Below the pieces are notes generated by a model. It did not search any database and was not told where the DNA came from. It saw nothing but the letters and a program-made list of their open reading frames with translations. A stretch of DNA of 64,000 nt, from assembly GCA_951406725.2 (NCBI GenBank), contig OX597815.1, positions 159,774,001-159,838,000 on the forward strand. The letters are read 5' to 3'. Shown here piece by piece: positions 14,925-27,037 of this stretch (its first letter is position 1; the number at the start of each line of letters is the position of its first letter). The DNA comes from Octopus vulgaris (Eukaryota). The position numbers were made by a program, and so were the translations under genes.

Positions 14925-15260
14925 GTTTAACATGAGACCCCCTTCAGTCATGACTGACTGTGGGATTGCACCTAGAAAGTTACCCTCCTAGGCACAAGTC
15001 CGGGCAAGGTTGTTTATGGAAGACCAGCAGTTGCTCATGCATACCAGCCTCCCCTCTCCACGCCACCAGTGTTCTCCAAGGGAAAGGCAAAGGTAGAACA
15101 ACTTAGCACCTATGACATTGCAACTCATTTCTACAGCTGAGTGAACTGGAGCAATGTGAAATAAAGTGTCTTGCTCAAGAACACAACACACAGCCCGGTC
15201 TGGGATTCGAACTCACAACCTCACGATTGTAAGCTCGATGCTCTAACCACTGAGCCATGC
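14925..15260 (-). mobile_element. tRNA-derived SINE with CORE-like body (family C)
   Basis: Head gcatggctcagtggttagagc...gttcgaatccc and body gtgttcttgagcaagacactttatttcac. Flanked by tttaacatga repeats. Relatives at 773-875, 37660-37880, 42764-42866, 44568-44860, 50420-50742. Confidence 0.82.
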
Positions 15261-16272
15261 TTTAACATGAACAACTACATATCACAGTAAAATGCTTGCT
15301 TTAAGAATTCAAATCTAAATATCTAAATTTGTAGACTTATCAGACCCTGGTTGCTAGCGTTAAGGACACAAGAGGAGAAATATATTTTAAATTTTTATTT
15401 ATCAATTATCATAAGAAAAACAGACATGTTTGTGATCTAGCAATTCTGTTTAAGATTCATCTCAAAATCAGAATTGGCTCTAAATGTAATGTTTGTTTTA
15501 CTGTCTTTGTGGATTTCTAGTTGAATGGAAAGCAGTAAGAATTTCTAAGCAAAATTATCTTATTTACTAAATGTCTGATATGAAATTATAGTGTTTCTAA
15601 AGATTTTAGAAGCATGGAGTGTCTTCTATGAATGTGGTTTGATTTTCAATTGACCATCAACTGATAGCCATAAATATTTCCTCATGTTTTTATGAATGAT
15701 AATAATAATAATAATAATAATAAATAATAAGTGCCTTGATGCAGCACCAGGCAGTGGCTCTCATAGCTTCTGATCTTAACTGATTGGAAGTGTTATCATG
15801 TACATTGTTATTCTGCTCAATACCACAGATTTGCTTGTCAGTTGTTTGACTTTAACCAGTTGAGCATATCCCTTAGTGGCTGACGATATGTGCATCTCTG
15901 ATCACGAGCAGAAGTAGTGGGGGAGCATCATAGCCATGTGTTGAGAGGGATTCTTTGGGGTTTGAATAATTCACCTCTGGAAACATGGGTGTTTCGTTCA
16001 ACATCCTTAAACAACCCTTATTCAGGGACCTTTCGAGTGGGATGGGTTACTCGACCTGAAGAAGATTCTAACTGGGCCCCACCTGCAAGGTGATGCACTG
16101 TTTATCTTGATATGAGATCACCATATCATGCACATATGGTTGTGATGCATGTGCCTGGTGTATCCTTATCAGGTAGGTAGTCTTGATGGGTATAATGGGC
16201 TGCGTATATTTTACCCCAGTGTCACTTTGATGGCATGCACTACTCTCTCACATAATAATAATAATAATAATA

Positions 16273-17090
16273 ATCCTTTCTACTATAAGCACAAGGGCAG
16301 AAATTTGAGGGAGGGGACTAGCCGATTACATTGACACCAGCACTTGACTGGTATTTATTTCATCAATCCTGAAAGGATGAAATGCAAAGTCAACCTCGGC
16401 AGAATTTGAGTTCAGAACATAGTGACAAGATTTCTCCCCATGTGTTAATGATTCTGCCAGCTCACCACCTAATGATAATAATGCTGCTATAGGCATATGG
16501 CCCAAAATCTTGGTGGAAGGAGGATAGTCAGTTACATTGACATCAATACTTATTTTATTAACCCTGAAAGGAGGAAAGGCAAAGTTGACCTCAGTTGAAT
16601 TTGAACTCAGAACGTAAAGACAGACAAAGTACACTAAGCATTTTGCCCTGCTGGCTAACAATTTTGTTTACAAAGTTTCAGATGCAAGGCCTGAAACTTC
16701 AAGGGAGTGAACTAGTCGATTACATAGACCCCAGTGCATAACTGGTACTTATTTCATTGACCCTGAAAAGATGAAAGGCAAAATCGACTGCGGCATGATT
16801 TGAACTTGGAATGTAAGGATGGATGAAATGGTGCTAAGTATTTTGCCTGACATGCTAATGATTCTGTCAGCTTGCTGCTTTTCTTAATAATAATAATGAT
16901 AATCCTTTCATTTCTACTGTAGGCTCAAGGCTCAAAATTTGGTGGGCAGGAGAATAGTAATCAACTCTTACTTACTTTTTGACCCCAAAGAGAAAAATGA
17001 CCTTAGTAGAATTTGAACCGTGTATATAAAGATAGACAAAATACTGCTATGTCTGGTGCCATAACACTTTTGCTAGTTTTCCACCTTGGT
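16273..17090 (-). mobile_element. Tandem cluster of four family B SINEs
   Basis: Four successive same-orientation copies, mostly separated by (TAA)n. Confidence 0.8.
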
Positions 17091-18104
17091 ATTAGTAGTA
17101 GTAGTTGTAGTGTTGGTGGTGATTTATTGTGCTCAACATTTTCAATTGTATTATCAGATACTATATTTTCATGGTAGCATGTAAAATAAATGAGAAACAA
17201 ATCCACCCATCAAAATTGTTATCATAATTGTAATACTGTTGCTGAAATACTGACCCTTAATCCAATTCAGTGACTGGTAAATGGTAAGTTATGTGACCCA
17301 TTGCTTCCATGGGTCTCTACCTGCTGAAGATTTCATTTTCATGTAGCACATCTAATTGAATCAGATTCACCTGACTTGTTTGGATGCACAACATGATATC
17401 CTGACTACTTGGCAGAAACTGTCTATCTCTGCTGTATACTTACATGCATATGTTACCTCAATACTGCAAGCTGAAAAGACACTTGTCAAATTTACAGTGC
17501 CTGCACAGATATTTACAGTTAGGTTTCCTGCTTTGCTGTATCCATTTCCATTTAGGTGTACTAACTGGGTTATTTGAGAGTCAAGTGGGTATGGGTGGGG
17601 GTTGTTGAGAATCAAACGAGCTGTTGCTTAGCTTTAGGTTTGAGCAAAGACAACTAAAAGCTCCACGAGGCTCCCTCGGGGGGGGGGGGCGACCCCTGTT
17701 GTACTCTTTCGCCACAACATTCTCTCACTCTCTCTTCCTGTTTCTTGTGTAATGCTGTGATGGACTGACATCCCATCCAGCTGGGGGGAACACATACACC
17801 ACAGAAACTGGGAAACCAGGCCCATGAGTCTGGCCAGGCTTGAAAAGGGCAACGTTTTTTAGCTTTAGGTGAGCAGTAGGCCTAAAGTCAAAAGTATTCT
17901 AGTAGCGACTGCTTTATGTTTTTCAGCATAATCTAACCATAGCTACACCATCCAGTGTGTCCTTTCTTTGAAAAGAAAAAGAAAAAATGATTTTAAAGGA
18001 TATTTAAACACACATGGTTCTTCTAGTAGTCTCTGCTATAACAAGGGAGGTAATCATTTTCTCATAATGTGAGGCAGGATTAGAGATTTGAAATTGAAAT
18101 TAAA

Positions 18105-18652
18105 CGAGTAGAAAATTAAAAAGGAAATGAAGAAAGCTTCTTACAATGCAGAAAAAGACAACTTTTATGTTTTGATAGGTCTAGCTTCAGAAGGAAGCAG
18201 TCCATGAAATGTGTATTTGCATCAATTTCATTATTACATTTTAAACTGCTTAGCATTTAGGTTAGCAGCAGCAGCAACACCACCTAAGAGATAGACACCT
18301 CCATACTAACCTCAGAAAGTAATACAGGAAATCTTCATATCAAGGAAGCTATATTGATCCACCGCCTCAACCCAAAAATTAATAGCCAATCAGAGATGGG
18401 TTGGTGACTCATATGAATACATCATGGTGATTACAACCAACATTATAACACATCACCAACACCATCTTCCACCACCACATGAAAAATGGAGAGTTGCTGC
18501 TGCTTTCCCAAAACAAAGTGATGTAAATACATATTTCTTGAACTGCTTCCTTCTGGAGATAGACTTCTGCACCTGAAATATAAAGTTTTTTTTTGTAAAA
18601 CTTTCTGCATTGTGTGAAGCTTTCTTTATTTCTTTTTTCATTTTCTACTTTT
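18105..18652 (+). mobile_element. Fold-back remnant of a Penelope-like element with a GIY-YIG endonuclease C-terminus
   Basis: Inverted arms at about 18105-18278 and 18492-18652. The spacer 18303-18407 reads ILTSESNTGNLHIKEAILIHRLNPKINSQSEMGW*, resembling the IL......L.IKEA..I....P.IN.Q tail of PLE GIY-YIG domains. Confidence 0.6.
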
Positions 18653-20190
18653 GTACACCAATGCTTCAAGAAAACTACAACACTCTTATTACAGAATTAT
18701 AAGAAAAAAAGATGCATAGAAGTCACATATCTATTTTTCTTTTTGTTTTTTCTGTTTACTTATTACAAACTTTAAAAAAATTTTTAGTACCTGATAAATC
18801 TTGTATAACACCATTTTATTCTTTTTAGAAATCATCAGCATAGCATAACCTGTGACTTGTTAATTATACATTTTATAAAGCGAGACACTTCATTAATTAT
18901 GGAAGTAATTACAGTCTAGTGAGAATCCAAGGAATGTGTGTTTTTTTCATTTCTTTATAGAACATTAGTAGATTAGGAATCAAAAGAATAGAGAGAAAGT
19001 TCTTAATGTTTACATGCAGAATAATAACTATTTCCAGGGGATTCTACATTGTGAAAAGGTTTTGTAGTGGCCAATAATTACAGTGTTAGCTACAAACACC
19101 TGTATTATTATTATTTAAACAAGGTTGAGTGACCACGTCAACATCATCATCATCATTTAAAATCCATTTTCCATGCTGGCATGGGTTGGAGGGTTTGAGA
19201 AGACGTGGTGAGCTACAGGGCTGCATCAGACTCCAATGTCAGCTTTGGTGTGGTTTCTATGGCTGGATGCCCTTCCTAATGACACCTACTTTACAAAGTG
19301 TACTGGATGCTTTCTTTGTGCCACCACCACTACTGAGATCACCAAGACAAGAAAAGGACTGGCAAAAAGAAAAAGCCACCTTTTCTAAATGGTGGCCTCT
19401 ACTCCAGTGGCTCCAGGCTCTCTCTCTCTCTCTCTTGTTAGAAACAATTGAATTGGCAGTACCTGTCATGAACGACTAAGTATGTTATCCACTATCATAT
19501 TCACCTAACCATCCATTCTCACCATCAACTAATTCACTCAGTCAGTTCTTTCTAAGTATTTTACAAGATCAATGCTACATCCTGTTAATATTATTTTGTG
19601 TCTTAGTTGCAATATTTTTGAGTTCTCAAATGCATAGCATCATAAATCAGAACACACACACACACATATATATTTTTGCTTTTGTTCATATGATATTACT
19701 GTAAATCATGCTGCAAGGAAATTTTCTTTTCAATTTTTTTCATCTTCAGCATGTGATCTTCTCTGGATCAGGCAATGCTAAAAAGAATATTGATCATTTG
19801 TTCTACATGATATTGATTCATAATATATATCTTTATGTGTGTTTGTGTGTATGCATTTATATGTATGCTCATATATATATATAGCAGAGGAAACAGAGTG
19901 ACTCAAGGTCTGAAAGTTTCATGCATTAGTACTTATCAAAACTAGTTTGATAGATTCACTGTGTTATTTCTACTTAATAGTAATAAAAGTTGACATATAC
20001 TCATATTTTGTCATAATGTGAGACAGAATTAGAGATTTGAAATTGAAATTAAACAAGTAGAAAATGAAAAAGGAAATAAAGAAAGCTTCTAATAATGCAG
20101 AAAATGATACCTTTATGTTTTGGTAGGTCTAGCTATTTTTCCTGTTTGCATCACCATACTTATATATATATATTTATATATATATATAAT

Positions 20191-20385
20191 TTATAAACAA
20201 GGGCAAAGAAAAAAATATTTCTATGCCAATATGTTGAGAACCGACTTTAAATTGTCAATTTCCACATTACAATATACATTCACTGTATGTATGTGAATGT
20301 ATAATGTAATGTGGACATTGATGATTTAAAGTCTGTTATCAGCATATTGGCATAGAAATAATTTTTCTTTTGCCCTTGTTTATAA
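20191..20385. repeat. 195-bp near-perfect palindrome
   Basis: Arms 20191-20283 and 20293-20385 with a 9-nt loop. Confidence 0.9.
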
Positions 20386-20476
20386 GTTGTTTATAATTTT
20401 AACCTTTAAAGGTATTTTAATATGCTGCCACTTTTGATGAAATTTTTTCTGAAAAAAATTTTATCCTATATCAGTA

Positions 20477-20543
<67 letters not shown>

Positions 20544-21889
20544 TATATACATAGCATTAAAAATGGGATTTATACATTTATTTGTGCATTACAGACTTAC
20601 AGCTGTTTCAGATATACATTTTGGATGCATGTTCATGGTTCAGTTTAATCAAATGACTGATCAAAAATATAGTGAAAGACAGTTTCAATGCTATCTTTGT
20701 AAGAGTCCAACAGGTCAACTGCCAAAGTAAAGGAAGAGAAGAAAAGGAAAGAAGAGAGAATTTGCTCAGTGTGGCATTTATATGGATCTAAGTTACCTGC
20801 TTTTAGCTATTAAGCTATTGTTCTTTCTTTCCACAGTTGAATAGTATTAACATCCAGTACAGGAATTTGTTATGGTCAGTAAGCTGCTTTTAGCAATTAC
20901 TACTATATTTTGGATGCTGTGCCAAGGGAGGTATTTGTGATGGGTGAATAGTATTAACATCCAGTATAGAAATTTGATGCCCAACAACTTTAAGAACCAG
21001 TGGCAGGCTTTTGGTAATTACTACTATATTTTGGATTATATGTGTGTGCATTTATGTATGCACATATGCGCATACACACCTAGCAGAAGAAATGGCTGTG
21101 TGGTTGAGAAGTTCGCTTCCCAACCATGTGACTCTTGGGTTCACCTCCACTGCATAGCATCTTGGGCATTTGTCTTCTTCTATAGCTTCAGGCTGAGCAA
21201 AGCCTTGTGAGTAGATTTGGTGGATGGAAACTGAAAGAAGCTTGTTGTATATGTTTGTGTGTGTGCATGTGTGTGTGTGTGTGTGTATTTGTATGTACTT
21301 TTGCCTAAACAGAACATGGTTGTAACTGAGCTTCATCTTCATACAAGCGCTGCTGTTCATTTCCAGTCTTCCCTGAAAAGTATGTCTCGCTATAATAGAC
21401 TGCAGTTTAGCATGGTGAGGGTGACTCTCTCAAAGTGCCAGGCATTTAAGCACATGAAAGTCATAATCAGGACAGACACCCGAAATCCCATTCAGGAGTG
21501 ATGGACATTGATGTTTCACGATTTTTGAGGCTTATCAACATCATGTACATGAATCAAATTGAAGCTAAACAAAATTGCCAGTATATGACTATATATAACA
21601 AATAACAGCATACCAGCAAATGGTTTTTTATGCTATTTGTATGTAGTTCAGTTCACCTCCAATTCAAATCGGGTACATGATGTTGATAAAGGTGCAAACA
21701 TGGTGAAATATCAAGGTCTGTTGCTCTTAAATGGTATTTGTGGCAAGTTGTCTTGCCTGTCTATGACTTTCAGGGGTTTCAACAGCAGACACTTTGAGGG
21801 AGACATTCCCACCATGCCAAATTGCAGCCTACTGGTAAGCAATCTATGTTCATGCATTGAGAATGCATGGTTAACAATATATATATATA

Positions 21890-22095
21890 ATCTTTTACCT
21901 GTTTCAGTCATTAGACTGTGGCCATGCTGGAGTGGCACATTCTTTAATTTTTAGTTGAATGAATTGACCCCAGTACTTATTTTTTAAGCCTGGTACTTAT
22001 TCTATTGGTCTCTTTCACCGCACCTCTAAGTTATGAGGACATAAACACACCAACAGTGGTTGTCAAGTGGTGATGGGGCTGAGGGAGTAACACAG

Positions 22096-22130
<35 letters not shown>

Positions 22131-22508
22131 TATATATGACAAGCTTCTTTCAATTTTCATCTACCAGATCCACTCGCAAGGCTTTGGTTGGCCGGAGGCT
22201 ATAATAAAAGACACTTGCCCAAGGTGCTACGCAGTGGGACTGAACCCAGAACCATGTGGTTAAGAAGCAAGCTTCTTATTTCTTTACTGCCCACAAGGGG
22301 CTAAACATAGAGAGGACAAACAAGGACAGACAGAGCGTAACTGGTACTTATTTAATTGACCCCGAAAGGATGAAAGGCTAAGTTGACCTCAGCAGAATTT
22401 GAACACAGAACGTAGCAGCAGATGAAATACCGCTAAGCATTTCATCTGGCATGCTAACATTTCTGCCAGCTCGCCACAGCTTCTTGAACACATAGCTACT
22501 CTTGCACC
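21890..22508 (-). mobile_element. SINE family A with nested family B SINE (about 22278-22478)
   Basis: Family B copy sits in the family A head, with agcttctt repeated on both sides. Confidence 0.8.
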
Positions 22509-22562
22509 TATATATATAAATGAGAGAGATAGAAGATAAAAGATATGAGAGAATGTTTATTG

Positions 22563-22668
22563 ATCACTACAATTGTTTTGACCCACCTAGCATCAATTTC
22601 TCATGGGTGGGATACTGAACAACTGGTTTAGGAGTATCTCTTGGTTTAGATGTGTCCCTTCAGGTGAT
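22563..22668 (-). ncRNA. Degenerate type-I hammerhead motif
   Basis: Minus strand AUCAC-CUGAAGg-GAC...GUC-aAAA-C-AAUU-G-UA-GUGAU: perfect 5-bp stem I, palindromic AAUU loop, two core substitutions. Confidence 0.55.
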
Positions 22669-23019
22669 TACAAAATGTATCTCGTTAAAATAACATCTGT
22701 TCTGCAAGTTTTCTTCTCAATATGTGTGTACAAAAGCAGAAAATTATGGGATACAGCTTCATTATTAAAGAAGATAAATAAAAACCAGATGTGAAAAGAA
22801 ACAAATACATAATATAGCAAAAAAAAAACTAAATACAACCATAGCAAATGTGGATGTATAAACGCTCTCGCTTAGGTTGTATGGTGCATGTACATCCACT
22901 TGTCAAACTTACACAAAGATATAAGCATATGCACATACGTGGTTTGGCACACGTACTCACACAGAAAAAGTAATTATCACTGAATTTGCAACAATTTACT
23001 GGAATTGCGATAATTGAAT

Positions 23020-23067
<48 letters not shown>

Positions 23068-23070
<3 letters not shown>

Positions 23071-23750
23071 TCATCATCGTTTAACGTCCGCTTTCCATGC
23101 TAGCATGGGTTGGACGATTTGACTGAGGTCTGGCGAACCAGATGACTGCACCAGACTCCAATCTGATCTGGCAGAGTTTCTACAGCTGGATGCCCTTCCT
23201 AATGCCAACCACTCTCAGAGTGTAGTCAGTGCTTTTATGTGCCACCGGCACGAGGGCCAGCTAGGTGGTACTGGCAACAGCCATGCTCAAATGGTGCTTT
23301 TTATGTGTCACCTGCATAGGAGCCAGTCCAGCGTCACTGGCAACAACCTCGCTCGAATGTTTTTTTCATGTTCTACCAGCTCAAGTGCTAGTAAGGCGAC
23401 ACAGGTAATGATCACACTCGAATGGTGTTTTTAACATGCCATCAGCACGGCGACCAACTTGTTGCTCTGGCAACAATCTCATTCGTATAGTACTCTTAGC
23501 ACTCCACTAACAACGGATGCCAGTGACCGAGTTTGATTTCGATTTCACTTGCCTCAACAGGTCTTTGCAAGCAGAGTTTAGTATCTAATGAAGGAAAGGC
23601 AAGCATAAGTGGACTGGTTACACCCCTGGCATAGGCCACAAGGTTATGGTCTCACTTGCGCTTGCCGAGTCTTCTCAAGCACAGCATATTTCCAGAGGTC
23701 CTGGTCACTAGTCATTGTCTCGGTGAGGCCCAATGTTTGAAGGTCATGCT
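23068..23750 (-). mobile_element. RTE-related 3' end / non-autonomous retroelement with (ATG)n tail and internal degenerate tandem repeats
   Basis: Starts (cat)n-cgtttaacgtccgctttccatgctagcatgggttggacg..ggctggatgcccttcctaatgccaacc. Related copies near 13825, 19140, 24740, 36780-37183, 48530-48730, 53900-54085, 58578. Confidence 0.7.
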
Positions 23751-23754
23751 TCAT

Positions 23755-24069
23755 AGCTGTGTGGTAAAAAGCTTGCTTCTCAACCACATGGTTCCAAGTT
23801 CAGTCCCACTACATGACACCTTGGGCAAGTGTCTTCTACTTTTGCCTTGGGCTGACTAAAGCCTTGCAAGTGGACTTGGTAGACGAAAACTGAAACTGTG
23901 TGTATATCTGTCTTCATCCCCCATCACCACTTGGCAACTAAGTTACATCCCTGTCACTTAGTGACCAATAGAATAAGAAATAAGTACTGAGGTTGATTTA
24001 TTCACCTAAAAATTCAAGAAGTGCCCCAGCATGGCCATAGTCTAATGACTGAAACAGGTAAAAGTAAAA

Positions 24070-24072
<3 letters not shown>
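23755..24072 (+). mobile_element. SINE family A, degenerate
   Basis: Similarity to the other copies. Confidence 0.8.
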
Positions 24073-24105
<33 letters not shown>

Positions 24106-26894
24106 GGAGGGTTTCTTGTTTTCATCGATCTGGTCAGCTTAGGGCTTGAGTAGAAGGCATTTTCCCCAAGGTGCCATGCAGTAGGACTGTATCTAAGAGC
24201 AGATAGATGAGAACCAAGTTTCCAGCAGTTTATTAAAATCTGAAGACAGATTTTTCTCTGCTTCAGGAATCCTGTGTCTATTCACTATAGTTCACACCAA
24301 GAGCTTCAAACTGATGTACATGTATTAAAATCATACCATATCCATCATAATGTCACCTGTTTGGCTTGTCATTCCAATTATTATCATCACAGAGAAAGTA
24401 ATTATCATTGAATTTGCAACAATTTTACTGGAATTGCCATAATTGAATTGTATATAATATCATGAGTCTGAACTAAATTGTATCAGTCACATAATCAAAC
24501 TTGGCAGATCTCGATTCATTTGTATGTGCTGCATGTGAGTGTGCTAATAAAGAATGCTTTAGTTTACCTCCCCAGAGCAGTATTCATATGTAAAAATGGA
24601 TTTCCTGCAAGCTTTGACCTGCTGCTCTTCAGGCTAGGTATCATTAACTGCACCAGTTTCGCCAATTTTGGAAACACCTGCATTGTTCATGGATGCTACA
24701 CTAAGTTGTCATTGTCACCAGCATCATTCTAATCACCATCATCATCATCATTTTCATCATCATTTAACATTCATTTTCGATGCTGTCCTGGGTTGGACAG
24801 GTTGACAGAATCTGGTGAGTCACAGGGCTGCATCATGTACTGTGTTAGCCGGGTTTCTATGGCTGGATTCCCTTCCTAATACCATCCACTTTACAGTGTG
24901 TACTGGGTGTGTCGTATTCATGCCACCAACACTAGTGCTGTTACCAAATAACTTGTACATTAATTTTTTTTTAAACCCCTAATCATCATCATCATCATTT
25001 CACTGATAGAGCTTTCAACTGAAATATAGATATTAAAGTCCAATCCAAGTGAGCTTTATTCTGTTCGCTTGTACCAAACATTATTGCACAAGACCTGACA
25101 TCAAATAAAAAGTCAACTTCAGATAATTTTATGATATTAATGTTCAATATTAGAAGTTAAAGACCTTCATGCCAAGAGAGCTGGAAATTAATTCCTCTTC
25201 TCAAAGTAATTTGTTGAAATTAATTCTTCATCTGATTTCAAATGAATGATGCAGACACATAAATTAAAAACTAATCGCAATTGTGAATTGTCATTGAAAC
25301 AATTTTTCTTGGTTCTGGGATCTTAAAGTGTTATCAGCAAGACCGAATCTTCAAATCTATTTCAGTAATCTCAGAATTACGGTTTAAGTATTCTTCATTG
25401 CCAGAAAGTAATCTATTTATATTGCTGACTATTCAGTGTGTATGTTATCAAGGGAAACAAAATTTGCCAAAGCATTGATTTTATTAAGTTGCGGACATAT
25501 TGAAATGTTATTATTACTTGTTTTCTGAATTTTCATTTATCATTTACTCTGTTATTCTCTTGCTGGTAAAAAAAAAGAAAAAAAAACATAATAATAATAA
25601 TAATAATAAATATAATAATTATTAGCAGTCTGTGTCAATTTATTGTTAAATGTTTCTACGAATATTATAAAGAACCATATAATGATCTCAGAACTCCTGC
25701 GGAGTAATTTAATTACGAAACTACCACAAACATAATGATAGAATCGGTCTAACAATATAGCCTTTGCTGTTTTTGATCCGTTGTGTAGTGTCTTTGTTTA
25801 TGGCTACATTAGTAAATGTCTGTCTACTTTGTTCTAACCATATTTTCTCAATATAATTTATTTCATATAATCAGAACTTTTCATTCCATTATCACTCACT
25901 ACCCATTCTTTTAGGTTGGTTTATTCACTTTGCCGACGAGAAGAGGCGGAAAGTAAAAAAAAAAAAAGAAGAAAATTGTGTTTCATTTGGTTATTAGGTT
26001 GAGAAAATAGTTATTTCAACTCTAATATTCCACATATTTCAAAAGGAAAAACAATCCTTTTAACCATTGACTGTAATTATCACCTTTTACCGCCATGAGA
26101 TGTTATGAAGTTTTTAACCATTGTTATTGATGATATCACCATGAATAAATAACTAAATAGATATAATTGCTCTCCGTCTTTGAAAGCACCACCATAACCA
26201 ACCCCTATCATCAACATCGTTGTTGTCATTGTCATCATCACTAGCATTGTTCTCCTCACCCCATCAGCATCATCATCACCATCACCATCATCATTTTACC
26301 ATCCGGTTCCCTGTGATTATTACAATCAAAACTGTTACCGGCATTTCCGTCTCTTTCTAAAATTCTTTGTTATCAAAATGCTATACACAGCCACTTCCAT
26401 TCTTCTGCCTTGTCCTTCTTTACCACTTCAACCAAAATCATCAATACCTTGTTCTTCTTCATCTTCATCATCATCACCATCACCATCCATAGTTCTTTTA
26501 TTTATATATTTATTTATATATTTATTTATTTATTTTTCTTTATTCATTTACAATTGATACAAGTCTTCCTGATTAAAAATGTCTGTTTTGGATGGGGACA
26601 GCTAAGGTGATTGAGATGGGATTATGGTAGTGGTGGTGGTGGTGGTGATGGTAGGAGGGGATCAATATACCTACTTTCAATCTATTGACAAAATTTCTAT
26701 AAGTACCAAATGAGGAAATCTGTCCTCACTTTTCCAAACATTTTGTATTTAATCATAATCGTGTTGTTCATTTTGTTTCATTGTTTTTTCATTTCATTTC
26801 ATTATTTATTTATTTATTCAGTTATCCATTTATTTATTTGTTTGTTTGTTTATTCATTCATTTTGGACATTCTAACATTAACCTTATCTTTCAG

Positions 26895-27037
26895 ACGTGG
26901 CAGCTTATCCTGACAGTGTGAATGTACTGACTCCGAATGTACAGTCAGATATCCGAACTCCAGACAAACTTGTTGATGGTGAGAATGATACCAAAGACGG
27001 TGCCCACATGTGGCTGGCTCCTGTCTTACCATCAGTG
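26895..27037 (+). CDS. KATNIP: KATNIP/KIAA0556 internal coding exon (DUF4457 region)
   Basis: Pyrimidine tract plus ttcag acceptor and gtgagt donor. Translates (x)VAAYPDSVNVLTPNVQSDIRTPDKLVDGENDTKDGAHMWLAPVLPSV, recognised from memory as matching the AAFPDSVN...DVRTPDKLID..NDT.DG.HMWLAP.LP segment of KATNIP. 143 nt, phase 1 in, phase 0 out. Confidence 0.93.

Noticed and set aside
23230-23530. Spaced repeats superficially like a CRISPR array
   Set aside because: Degenerate tandem units inside a eukaryotic retroelement 3' region; no unique spacers or cas genes.
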